Of a stretch of 64,000 bases of DNA, positions 27,869-36,866 are shown in pieces. The stretch spans positions 7,504 to 71,503 of the forward strand of contig CALVYG010000004.1 in assembly GCA_944372095.1 (NCBI GenBank). The letters are read 5' to 3'. The notes beneath the pieces were generated by a model. That model ran no database searches. It was not told the origin of the DNA and worked only from the letters and a program-made list of their open reading frames with translations. How positions within the stretch are numbered: position 1 is the stretch's first letter; every line of letters starts with the position of its first letter. This DNA comes from an uncultured Clostridia bacterium. Its GTDB lineage: Bacteria > Bacillota > Clostridia > Christensenellales > DTU072. The translations under genes and the position numbers were made by a program.

Positions 27869-29518
27869 ATGAGTGAAAAAAATTGTAATCTTTGTTATAT
27901 AAGGCAACTAACCACGCCGAGGCGTAACGGCAGAAACGTATACGATATGCCGCCTTATGAAAACGGCGTAACGAAACCGCCTATGGGGTGGTCGAGCTGG
28001 AACTGTTTCAGAAACAACATAGACGAAGAAAAAATCACGGCTATTGCGGAAGCGCTGGTAAAAACCGGACTTGCCGAAAAGGGATATAAATTCGTTAATC
28101 TTGACGATAACTGGCATTCGTCTATGAGAGATGCGGACGGAAATTTGCAAGGCGACCTTATAAGATTTCCGAGCGGAACGCCCGAATTGATAAAGAAGAT
28201 AAACGGAATGGGGTTGAAAGTAGGATTGTACAGCAGCAACGGAACTCTGACATGCGAAGATTTACCCGCGGCGTTCGGGAACGAGGAAAGAGACGCAATG
28301 ACGATAGCGAAATGGGGTGCGGAGTTTTTCAAGTACGATTTCTGTCACCACCACCCGTACTCGAAAAAAGCGCCGCTTATAAGTTCTGTCGAGCTTATGA
28401 AAAAAGGCAATCCCGAAATAAAAATCGAACTTAAAGCGGAAGACGGGATATTGGGAGGGAACGCCGAAGTCGTTAAAGACGAAGAAATGCCTTGCGGTTC
28501 TTATGTAAAGGGACTTGACGGAAACGGAGGAATCATTGTATTCGACTCGGTGAATGCGGAAGAAGGCGGAGAATACGTTTTGAACGTAACGACCAAAAAA
28601 CGCGGACAGTACGAAAAGTTTTTCGTGGCGGAAGTCAACGCCGACGACCCGTTGATGATAGTTGTGCCGAGTTGTAAAAAATACAATTTCACGGCAAGGG
28701 TTCAGGCGATAGTGAACCTTAAAGAAGGGAAAAACGTAATTAAGTTATATAACCCCATAGAAAAAGTGTCGGACGGATATGTTTTCCAGTACAGAAATAT
28801 GGGAAAAATGCTGAAAAAGGCAACCGAAAAAGTAAGTAAAGAAACCGGAAATCCCGAAAAACCGATAACGTATTCAATCTGCGAATGGGGGTTCAACAAG
28901 CCTTACAAGTGGGGAGCGACGGCAGGAAACCAATGGCGTACGACGCCGGATATAAGACCGTGGTGGTGGTGGATGATGAGAATTTACGACCATACGGTCA
29001 AGCTGTATTCATATTCCGTCAAAGGCGGTTATAACGACCCGGATATGCTCGAAGTCGGAAACGGCAAACTTACTTACGAAGAAAACAAATCGCATTTTAC
29101 CTTATGGGCAATGATGAATGCGCCCCTTATACTCGGAAACGATTTAAGAAAATTCATTAAGTCCGACGGCAGCGCAGATAAAGAAAATATTGTTTTGAAA
29201 ATCGTGACAAACGAAAAAATCATAGCGATAAACCAGGACGGGAAAGGTAAAGCCTGTAAGCGTGTAAAACGCGGAATTACTGACATTCTCGCAAAACCTC
29301 TTTCGGACGGAACGGCGTTTTGTTTCTTTAACCGTGCGCCTTTTGCGGTGAATTTTACTTGCGACGTAAATAAATTCAGTAAAGACGCGTATTTGGAATT
29401 CGAAAAAAAAGACTGCTATAAAGCGGAAGATTTGTGGAGCGGAGAAGAGTTTGAAACAAACGGGAAAATCAAGGTAAAAATTCCCGCTCACGGCGTAGCC
29501 GTCTACAAAATCAGGTAA
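27869..29518 (+). CDS. GH27 alpha-galactosidase-like glycoside hydrolase with an inserted beta-sandwich-like segment
   Basis: PPMGWSSWN, NLDDNW, FKYDFC motifs. About 130 aa are inserted after the KYD motif. The start is uncertain. Confidence 0.75.
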   Translation: MSEKNCNLCYIRQLTTPRRNGRNVYDMPPYENGVTKPPMGWSSWNCFRNNIDEEKITAIAEALVKTGLAEKGYKFVNLDDNWHSSMRDADGNLQGDLIRFPSGTPELIKKINGMGLKVGLYSSNGTLTCEDLPAAFGNEERDAMTIAKWGAEFFKYDFCHHHPYSKKAPLISSVELMKKGNPEIKIELKAEDGILGGNAEVVKDEEMPCGSYVKGLDGNGGIIVFDSVNAEEGGEYVLNVTTKKRGQYEKFFVAEVNADDPLMIVVPSCKKYNFTARVQAIVNLKEGKNVIKLYNPIEKVSDGYVFQYRNMGKMLKKATEKVSKETGNPEKPITYSICEWGFNKPYKWGATAGNQWRTTPDIRPWWWWMMRIYDHTVKLYSYSVKGGYNDPDMLEVGNGKLTYEENKSHFTLWAMMNAPLILGNDLRKFIKSDGSADKENIVLKIVTNEKIIAINQDGKGKACKRVKRGITDILAKPLSDGTAFCFFNRAPFAVNFTCDVNKFSKDAYLEFEKKDCYKAEDLWSGEEFETNGKIKVKIPAHGVAVYKIR

Positions 29519-29624
29519 AACAAACATATAAGCGGGAAAAGGCGTATTTTGTCGGAAGGCATATTGATTTCAGGGAAAATATGTTGTACCATATAAACAT
29601 AAAATTATAACGGAGGGACAGATA

Positions 29625-31295
29625 ATGGCAAAAACACGTTGGTATAAAGACGCGATAATTTATCAGATATATCCGAGAAGTTTCTGCGACAGCAACGGCG
29701 ACGGAATAGGAGATATCCGCGGAATAATAAGCAAACTCGATTATCTCAAAGAACTCGGAATAAACTGCGTATGGTTATCGCCTTGCTATAAATCGCCGAA
29801 CGACGACAACGGATACGACATAAGCAACTACCGCGATATAATGGACGAATTCGGCACGCTGGAAGACTGGCAGGAAATGATAGACGGAATGCATGCGCGC
29901 GGAATAAGGCTTATTATGGACCTAGTGGTAAATCATACGAGCGATGAACACGAATGGTTCAAACAGGCACGGTCGTCGAAAGACAATCCTTACAGAGATT
30001 ATTACATATGGCATAAAGGTAAGGGAAAAGACGGCAGAAAACCGCCGAATAACTGGACTTCGAGATTCACGGGTTCGGCTTGGGAATACGATGAAAAAAC
30101 CGGCGAGTTTTACTTACATCTTTTCAGTAAGAAACAACCCGATTTGAATTGGGATAATCCGAAGGTAAGACAGGAAGTTATTGATATATGCAACTATTGG
30201 TTCGAAAAAGGCGTGGACGGATTCAGATGCGACGTTATAACTTATATATCGAAAGACAAGAATTTTCCCGACGGTAAGTTCAACCCCGCAATCTGCGGCG
30301 ACGAACATTTTGTCATAGGACCGCATTACCACGAATATATACACGAATTAAACGAAAAAAGCTGGTCGCTTTACGATTCGCTTACCGTAGGAGAGGCACA
30401 GGGAATTACGATAGATAACGCATTTGACGCCGTTGACGAATCGAGAGAAGAGCTTGACTGCGTGTTTACCTTCGAACATCAGACGCAGGTCGATTCGTTC
30501 CTTACCACGGTACCGAAAAAATTCAGTCTCGTAAAATGGAAAAAAATCTTTTCTTCCTGGCAGTCATTGCCGGAAACCTGCTGGAATTCTCTGTACATAG
30601 AGAATCACGATTATCCGAGGTCGTTACCGAGATACGGGAAACTTAAATACAGAGTTAAGGTGGCGAAAATGCTTGCGATAAGCATAAACTTTTTAAGAGG
30701 AACGCCATACATTTATCAGGGACAGGAAATCGGAATGACGAATTTCGCCAATCTTAAAAGGAAAGATTATAAGGACATCGTATCGATAAAAATATACGAT
30801 ACCGTAAAGAAATTTCTCCCCGTATTTCTGCCGATAGTGAAATGGGCGTTGAACAAAAAAGCGAGAGACCACGCCCGTGCGCCGATGCAATGGAACAGTG
30901 AACCCAATGCGGGATTCACGACGGGAAAGCCTTGGATGGCGGTTAATCCCAATTACGTCGACATAAACGTCGAACAGGCGATGGAAGACAAAAACGGCAT
31001 ATGGCATTTTTATAAGCAGTTAAACGAGTTCAGAAAAGGCAACGAAATAATAAGAAACGGAACTTATAAACAATACTATCCCAAGGACAGAAACGTATGG
31101 ATGTACGAAAGGGAATACGAAGGAAAGAAATACGTCGTAATAGCAAGCTATACCGATAAGGAGGTACAGTTTGTCGTGCCGCAGGAATTGAAAGGTAAAG
31201 AAAGCAAGCTTGTTATGAGCAACTATGCCGATTGCGTTAAAACACTTTCGGATGTCACGTTACGTCCGTACGAAGCAATGGTATACGCGTTGTAA
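29625..31295 (+). CDS. GH13 oligo-1,6-glucosidase / alpha-glucosidase
   Basis: WYKDAIIYQIYPRSF, DLVVNHTSDEH, GFRCDVI, VGEAQG, YIENHD conserved regions. Confidence 0.85.
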   Translation: MAKTRWYKDAIIYQIYPRSFCDSNGDGIGDIRGIISKLDYLKELGINCVWLSPCYKSPNDDNGYDISNYRDIMDEFGTLEDWQEMIDGMHARGIRLIMDLVVNHTSDEHEWFKQARSSKDNPYRDYYIWHKGKGKDGRKPPNNWTSRFTGSAWEYDEKTGEFYLHLFSKKQPDLNWDNPKVRQEVIDICNYWFEKGVDGFRCDVITYISKDKNFPDGKFNPAICGDEHFVIGPHYHEYIHELNEKSWSLYDSLTVGEAQGITIDNAFDAVDESREELDCVFTFEHQTQVDSFLTTVPKKFSLVKWKKIFSSWQSLPETCWNSLYIENHDYPRSLPRYGKLKYRVKVAKMLAISINFLRGTPYIYQGQEIGMTNFANLKRKDYKDIVSIKIYDTVKKFLPVFLPIVKWALNKKARDHARAPMQWNSEPNAGFTTGKPWMAVNPNYVDINVEQAMEDKNGIWHFYKQLNEFRKGNEIIRNGTYKQYYPKDRNVWMYEREYEGKKYVVIASYTDKEVQFVVPQELKGKESKLVMSNYADCVKTLSDVTLRPYEAMVYAL

Positions 31296-31425
31296 TTTAC
31301 GGAAATAATAAAAAACACGAAGTTATAACGGGCCGCATAAAAAAGCGGTCCGTTATATTTCCGTTACGTAATGAACCTGTTGTTAACGGAAAAGAGAAAT
31401 TTGAAAATAACAAGAGATAAAACGC

Positions 31426-31454
31426 TTGACAGGGAAAAGAAGAGCGGATATAAT
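31426..31454 (+). promoter_or_regulatory. Consensus SigA promoter of rplJL
   Basis: TTGACA (31426-31431), 17-nt spacer, TATAAT (31449-31454). Confidence 0.75.
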
Positions 31455-31455
31455 G

Positions 31456-31679
31456 AAAAAGCAAAAAATAAAACTTGTTCAAAGACTGCACGGTGCGAAA
31501 GCGTAAAACGGAAAGTTGCCTGCACAGAATGAGAGAGTAAATGTTTAACAGTTATGGAACATATAACTCCGTATTCGTCTTTGAGCGAGTACGGATTTTT
31601 GTTTATCCGAAATCCGGAAAGAAAAATGCTTATTGCTAAAAGGTATAGAGGTAAGAAAAAACTGTAAGGAGGTTAAAGA
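31456..31679 (+). promoter_or_regulatory. rplJ leader (L10-leader-like) with terminator hairpin
   Basis: About 225-nt leader. Hairpin CCGTATTCG/CGAGTACGG plus ATTTTT at 31569-31600. It sits where Firmicute L10(L12)4 autoregulatory leaders occur. I did not verify the motif itself. Confidence 0.5.
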
Positions 31680-32168
31680 ATGTCAGCGTTTAGAGATGCG
31701 AAAGCTGTAAAAGTCGCCGAAATAAAAGAAAAAATCGAGAAAGCGAGTTCTTTTGTATTGGTAGACTATAAAGGCCTGACGGTTGCCGAGGACACAGCGT
31801 TAAGAAACGAATATCGTAAGTCGGGCGTGAGTTATCACGTATACAAGAACAGACTTATGAAAATAGCGTTGAACGAATTGGGCTACACCCAGTTTGACGA
31901 CGCGCTTAACGGTCCCACGGCCATCGCAATGGGCACAACGGATATTGCCGCACCTGCAAAAATCGCAATGGATAAATCGAAAGCTTATAAAAAGATGTCG
32001 GTGAAATGCGGATTTGTGGACGGAAAATATCTTGACGAAGAAGGATGTAAGGTTTTGGCTACCTTGCCCAGCAGAGAAGGACTTATATCTCAGATACTCG
32101 GACTGTTGCAATCGCCTGTTTCGAGATTTGCGAGATGTATTGCCGCTATTGCGGAAAAAGCCGAATAA
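31680..32168 (+). CDS. rplJ: 50S ribosomal protein L10
   Basis: 162 aa. RBS AAGGAGG. Positioned before rplL; typical L10 sequence (VDYKGLTVAE..LR). Confidence 0.9.
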   Translation: MSAFRDAKAVKVAEIKEKIEKASSFVLVDYKGLTVAEDTALRNEYRKSGVSYHVYKNRLMKIALNELGYTQFDDALNGPTAIAMGTTDIAAPAKIAMDKSKAYKKMSVKCGFVDGKYLDEEGCKVLATLPSREGLISQILGLLQSPVSRFARCIAAIAEKAE

Positions 32169-32198
32169 CAAATATAAGAATAACGGAGGAATTAAAAA

Positions 32199-32576
32199 AT
32201 GGCAGATATCGCTAAAATAATCGAAGAAGTTAAATCAATGACAGTACTCGAACTTAACGATTTGGTTAAGGCATTGGAAGAAGAATTCGGCGTAAGCGCT
32301 GCGGCGCCTATGGCAGTTGCAGGAGCTGCGGCAGCGGCACCCGCGGCGGCGGCAGAAGAAGAAAAGACCGAATTTGACGTTATCCTCAAAGCAGCCGGCG
32401 CAAACAAAATTGCGGTTATCAAGGCTGTAAGAGAAGCAACGGGACTCGGATTGGTAGACGCGAAAGCTATGGTTGACGGTGCTCCCAAAGCTGTTAAAGA
32501 AGGAGTAAGTAAAGAAGTAGCAGACGAACTCGCCGAAAAACTCAAAGCAGCCGGCGCAGAAGTTGAAATCAAATAA
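32199..32576 (+). CDS. rplL: 50S ribosomal protein L7/L12
   Basis: Ala-rich hinge [18 protein letters not shown] and C-terminal domain ...[16 protein letters not shown]...[11 protein letters not shown]. Confidence 0.95.
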   Translation: MADIAKIIEEVKSMTVLELNDLVKALEEEFGVSAAAPMAVAGAAAAAPAAAAEEEKTEFDVILKAAGANKIAVIKAVREATGLGLVDAKAMVDGAPKAVKEGVSKEVADELAEKLKAAGAEVEIK

Positions 32577-32657
32577 TCTTCTTATTATAAGAAATTAACT
32601 TTTCCGTCGGGGCATAGCGCTCCGACGGGAAATACCTTACTTTTGGCAAAAAAATAC

Positions 32658-32681
32658 CGGACGCCTGAGGCGTCCGTTTTT
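32658..32681 (+). terminator. Intrinsic terminator after rplL
   Basis: CGGACGCC-TGA-GGCGTCCG followed by TTTTT. Confidence 0.8.
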
Positions 32682-32693
32682 AATTGAGAAATA

Positions 32694-32725
32694 CGAACGG
32701 ACGGATTTGAATATCCGTCCGTTCG
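32694..32725 (-). terminator. Probable terminator of the DUF1540 gene
   Basis: 12-bp stem CGAACGGACGGA / TCCGTCCGTTCG with a T-rich tail on the minus strand. Confidence 0.55.
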
Positions 32726-32756
32726 GCATTGACGATAACATATAAGAACAGTAAAG

Positions 32757-33059
32757 TTACGGTTTAATTCTCGTAGCACACTTTGTGCTCATAAAGTTAT
32801 CGCTTATAAGCAGGCTTGTAGCGCGGCAATAACCGTCTTCGTTGTAGACGCAAAGCGAGTCGCATCTTACCACGGAAGGCGCGTCGTTAAGGAGTTCTTC
32901 TCCCGCTTCGAGTTCGCGGAAAGTCTGTTCGAGCGCACCGCCGGCGCGTTTGATTTTACTGTCGCATACGCCTTTTTCGTTTACGCTTATAACTCCTGCG
33001 TTACAGTGGCATTTGAGATTATGCTGACAATTACCCGTTGTACATTTCAGTTGCATCAT
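32757..33059 (-). CDS. Cys-rich small protein, DUF1540-like
   Basis: Two copies of a C-x3-C-x-H-N...C-x-A motif (CTTGNCQHNLKCHCNA; CDSLCVYNEDGYCRA). Good RBS AAGGAGAA. Confidence 0.55.
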   Translation of the reverse strand: MMQLKCTTGNCQHNLKCHCNAGVISVNEKGVCDSKIKRAGGALEQTFRELEAGEELLNDAPSVVRCDSLCVYNEDGYCRATSLLISDNFMSTKCATRIKP

Positions 33060-33141
33060 TTTATGTTTTCTCCTTGTTTATCCCTAGTATCTTTAACAAA
33101 AACGAATTTATACAAACCTTTTTTCCGTAGCCGGGCTTTGC

Positions 33142-33170
33142 TTGACAATAAAGGGGATTTTATATATAAT
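33142..33170 (+). promoter_or_regulatory. Consensus SigA promoter of rplI
   Basis: TTGACA, 17-nt spacer, TATAAT. Confidence 0.7.
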
Positions 33171-33197
33171 TAAGAAAAAATTTTTACGGAGAACGCA

Positions 33198-33638
33198 ATG
33201 AAAATCATACTTTTACAGGATGTGAAGCCGATAGGGAAAAAAGGGGATATAGCGGAAGTGAACGACGGGTATGCCAAAAACTTTCTCATACCTAAAAAAA
33301 TGGCGCAGGCGGCAACGAAAGACGCTCAGAATGAAAGAAATCAGAGAATAGCAAACGAAGAAAAGCGTAAAGCCGAGGAAAAAGCGGAAGCATTGGCTAT
33401 GTACGGCAAGCTGAACGGAATAAAAATAAAAGTGCCCGTAAAATGTTTCGAAGGGAAAATGTACGGAAGCGTGACGGCTTCCGACGTAGCGAACGCGCTT
33501 TCGGAAGCAGGATTTAACGTCGATAAAAAGAAAATAACCGTTCCTTCGGCTATAAAGAACGTAGGGGAATACGACGCGGAAGTGTGGTGTTATAAAGAAA
33601 CGGTTGCAAAAATAAAGATAGCCGTCGTTGCAGAGTGA
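33198..33638 (+). CDS. rplI: 50S ribosomal protein L9
   Basis: MKIILLQDVKPIGKKGDIAEVNDGYAKNFLIPKKMA. Confidence 0.9.
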   Translation: MKIILLQDVKPIGKKGDIAEVNDGYAKNFLIPKKMAQAATKDAQNERNQRIANEEKRKAEEKAEALAMYGKLNGIKIKVPVKCFEGKMYGSVTASDVANALSEAGFNVDKKKITVPSAIKNVGEYDAEVWCYKETVAKIKIAVVAE

Positions 33639-33692
33639 TGCCGGCGCGGTATAAAAACGGTTGTTCGGATAGCAATTAAGAAATTATGGATA

Positions 33693-33719
33693 AAAAGCCG
33701 TAAGAAAACGGCTTTTTTC
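33693..33719 (+). terminator. Intrinsic terminator after rplI
   Basis: AAAAGCCGT-AAGAAA-ACGGCTTTTTT. Confidence 0.8.
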
Positions 33720-33779
33720 TTTAATACGGCTTAAAACTTTACAGAAAAATTAAATTGCTGTATACTGTTTACGTTAAAT

Positions 33780-35408
33780 ATGAAGAAAAAAATTATATTA
33801 ATTATAATAACGGTACTTATTGCGGCGGCAGCAATCGGTTTAAGCGGTTGCGCGGAAAAGAAACTGCCGTCGGATATATACATAACGGCATCCGACGTTG
33901 ACGGAGCGCCGGCGGGCGAATATTATCTTCCGTACACGATAAACAATTTCAACAAATATGAAATGCAGTATAATTTGTCCGTAAAAGTATCGGCGTATCT
34001 GTATCCCGAAAATACGCCCGTAACGGTATATAACAACCGTTCGATAACCGTTGAAAAAGAGAATATTTACGTAATAGTGGTACGGCTCGACGCAATTGTT
34101 GACGGAGAGGCAGTCAGTATGACGAAAGAATTTACCGTAAATGCGGAAAAAGCCGACAGAGCGGTTACGTTTATGCACAGCGAAGAGGAGATAGTGAAAA
34201 GGATAATCGTTCCTTACGGCGGAAGTATCGATATGAGCGAAGTACCCGAAGTCCCCGACAGATACACTGTTTCGACCGAAGGACACGTTACCGAAATCGT
34301 ATCGAAAAGGTGGGTTGTATACGATTCCGACGGAAATCCTCTCGAACTTATTGAAGAGTATCTTACCGACATAACGGTCAACATTCCCGTATACAGCGAA
34401 TATGTCTATACGGAAAAACCGATAAATTACGTAATAAAATTCGACACGGACGGCGGGAGCGAAACAGCGGATTATAACGGCAATTCGGATACGGTTCCGC
34501 CAGAACCGCCTACGCCTGTAAAAGAGGGATACACTTTTGTGGGGTGGTGTACCGACGAAGAGAAAACCGAATTTTATAATTGGAAGTCAAATCAGAAACT
34601 CAATAAAAATATGACTCTATATGCCAAGTGGGTTAAAAATAACACGGAAAACGCTACGCCGAATTCAAATTTCAACTTTTATCTTTCGACGGACAATTAC
34701 GGAAACGATTTTTATCTGATAGAGGCAAAAGATAAAAATAATCTTGTGGGGGAGATAATTCTGCCGAACAATTATAACGGATTGCCCGTCAGAGGAATGA
34801 AAGAAAGCGCGTTCGAGGGAACGGATATTACAAAGGTAACGATTCCGAACGTTTACGTCCTCGACAATCAGAGAGGATTTGCCGACTGTAAAAAGCTGAC
34901 GGAAGTAGTTTTTGAAGAAAACAGCATAACGGATACGATAGCATCGGGATTTTTTATGCAATGCACTTCACTTGAAAGTATAGAATTACCCGACTCGATA
35001 ATATGGATACGTCCGAATGCGTTTAATAATTGTCTTGCGTTGAAATCGGTGAAACTTCCCGCTTCTTTGGTATTTATCAATTCGAAAGCATTTTCTTCGT
35101 GTAAATCGCTGAGAAGCATAGTCATTCCCGACAGCGTTCAGAGTATTCTGGAAAAAGTATTTGACCAATGTACTTCTTTATCCGAAATATCGATAGGGAA
35201 AAAGAGTTCGTTGCAGGAAATAGAACCCGACGCGTTTGAGGGAACGGGGATAAAGGAAATAACGTTGCCTTACAGACTGAAAGACAAAAATTTGCTTGAA
35301 GGTACGGGAATAACAATAAATTATTACCCGGAAGAACCGGAAGAGCCGGAAGAAGATACGGAAAGCGGTACCGGAAACGGAGAGGGAGAAGTAACGGAAA
35401 ATCAATAA
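33780..35408 (+). CDS. Lipoprotein with a Listeria-Bacteroides (Flg_new-like) repeat and C-terminal BspA-type LRRs
   Basis: Lipobox GLSGC. GYTFVGWCTDEEKTEFYNW...MTLYAKW repeat. LRR_5-like units. Acidic PEEPEEPEE tail. Confidence 0.7.
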   Translation: MKKKIILIIITVLIAAAAIGLSGCAEKKLPSDIYITASDVDGAPAGEYYLPYTINNFNKYEMQYNLSVKVSAYLYPENTPVTVYNNRSITVEKENIYVIVVRLDAIVDGEAVSMTKEFTVNAEKADRAVTFMHSEEEIVKRIIVPYGGSIDMSEVPEVPDRYTVSTEGHVTEIVSKRWVVYDSDGNPLELIEEYLTDITVNIPVYSEYVYTEKPINYVIKFDTDGGSETADYNGNSDTVPPEPPTPVKEGYTFVGWCTDEEKTEFYNWKSNQKLNKNMTLYAKWVKNNTENATPNSNFNFYLSTDNYGNDFYLIEAKDKNNLVGEIILPNNYNGLPVRGMKESAFEGTDITKVTIPNVYVLDNQRGFADCKKLTEVVFEENSITDTIASGFFMQCTSLESIELPDSIIWIRPNAFNNCLALKSVKLPASLVFINSKAFSSCKSLRSIVIPDSVQSILEKVFDQCTSLSEISIGKKSSLQEIEPDAFEGTGIKEITLPYRLKDKNLLEGTGITINYYPEEPEEPEEDTESGTGNGEGEVTENQ

Positions 35409-35445
35409 AAAAAGCCGTTACGTAAAAAATGGACATAAAGTAAAA

Positions 35446-35476
35446 AAGGACTGCGAAAGCAGTCCTTAAAATTTTT
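35446..35476. terminator. Bidirectional terminator between the convergent LRR lipoprotein and secG genes
   Basis: AAGGACTGC-GAAA-GCAGTCCTT flanked by an A-run and a T-run. Confidence 0.75.
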
Positions 35477-35490
35477 CGGATAAGGCAAGT

Positions 35491-35787
35491 TTAACCTAAC
35501 TGATGAAGCAGAACCTGGAAAACGAAAAACATAATGGAAAAAACAAGCATACTTGCCGCGACGATTATGGTCGCAAGTTTGAATTTACCGTCAATGCTTC
35601 TGGATTTATGTCTGCCGAAGAAAGTATCGCTTCCGCCGGTAATAGCGCTCATACCGTTATTGTCGCTGGCGCGTTGCATAAGAACTATGATAATCATAGC
35701 AATGCTTGAAAGGACCAACAACACAATAAAAGCGATGCAGAATCCGAAATATACGTCCGCGGCGGTAGCCGCAATCAAACCAAACAT
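35491..35787 (-). CDS. secG: Preprotein translocase subunit SecG
   Basis: Two TM helices flank a Gly-rich loop (MQRASDNNGMSAITGGSDTFFG). ATG 35787 is 8 nt after AAGGAG; the track's GTG at 35796 abuts the RBS. Confidence 0.75.
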   Translation of the reverse strand: MFGLIAATAADVYFGFCIAFIVLLVLSSIAMIIIVLMQRASDNNGMSAITGGSDTFFGRHKSRSIDGKFKLATIIVAASMLVFSIMFFVFQVLLHQLG

Positions 35788-35902
35788 TGTAATCACTCCT
35801 TAAAGTAATATAATCGATACGTTAAAATATTTTAGCATAAGCTGAACATATTGACAAGCATTTTTTCGCCGATTAAAGAAAAAATTAAATAAACGGAGAA
35901 AA

Positions 35903-36847
35903 TCAATAGAAAGTAGTAATAATTTCATCCTGAGGCGGCGACGGAGCTTTTTCGAATTTCAATCCGAGAAGGACCGGACCTTCGCCGCCGTAAACTTTAT
36001 GTTTCGTGACGCATACTTTTGCGGTGATACGATACCATTCGCCCGTAGAAAAGACACGCGAACCGTTATGTTCGCATACCAAAGCGCAGTATTTGGTATC
36101 CGCTTCGCAGCAAGTCATAATATGTCTGCCCACAACGACGGCGCTTTTGCCGAGGGTTCTGTCGTAAGCGGTTACACATAAAAATCTTACCGTTTTCCCG
36201 TGATACGCGCGCATATTTTCCGTAAGTTCACGGTAAAAATAAGCGTAGTCTCTGTCGCCGATTTCTATAATCGGGGCGTCGACGTCGAAAGGCAGCGGGT
36301 CTTCGATATCGTCGCGTTCTATTTCTTTACGTTCGTTTTCGTAAATTATATCGTTATTGCGTGAAATTCCGCGTACGAGTTTGTGATACGGCATTTTGTC
36401 TTCGCCGCTTTTATAGCGGTTAAAGACGATAAGGTCAGCATACTGAATTTTGTCAAACACGAGCTGACGCATATTTGCGTTGAACATTAAAACGGTTTTA
36501 CAATCGAAAATAGTCATTATCTGACAGATAACCCAGTTTTCGGGAATGACGTCGAGAAAATCGCCGAGTTCCCACATTCCGTTATATTCTATAAAGATTC
36601 TCGTATAGTTTCCGTCCGTTTCTATTTTTGAAAGTTTTTCGGCGGAAAAGACCGTTTTTTCGAGATGGAATACGTCGGTGTTTTTGAGCAGAGCTTCTTC
36701 GTATTCCTCTTCGCCGTCTTCAAAAACAAAAAGAGCGGTGTTTTCGCCGGTATCGAGTTCGTCGCTTGCAAGCGCTTTTGAAATGAAACTCGTTTTTCCC
36801 GCATCGAGAAATCCGCAGAATATATATACTCCGACTTCGTGTTGCAT
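35903..36847 (-). CDS. P-loop NTPase related to the G3E/CobW family, with a Cys-rich C-terminal domain
   Basis: Walker A CGFLDAGKTS. No CxCC motif. C-terminal IMTCCEADTKYCALVCE resembles the CC-x-x-D motif of DUF1980-type domains (from memory). Confidence 0.5.
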   Translation of the reverse strand: MQHEVGVYIFCGFLDAGKTSFISKALASDELDTGENTALFVFEDGEEEYEEALLKNTDVFHLEKTVFSAEKLSKIETDGNYTRIFIEYNGMWELGDFLDVIPENWVICQIMTIFDCKTVLMFNANMRQLVFDKIQYADLIVFNRYKSGEDKMPYHKLVRGISRNNDIIYENERKEIERDDIEDPLPFDVDAPIIEIGDRDYAYFYRELTENMRAYHGKTVRFLCVTAYDRTLGKSAVVVGRHIMTCCEADTKYCALVCEHNGSRVFSTGEWYRITAKVCVTKHKVYGGEGPVLLGLKFEKAPSPPQDEIITTFY

Positions 36848-36866
36848 ATAAAACTCCTTATATTTT

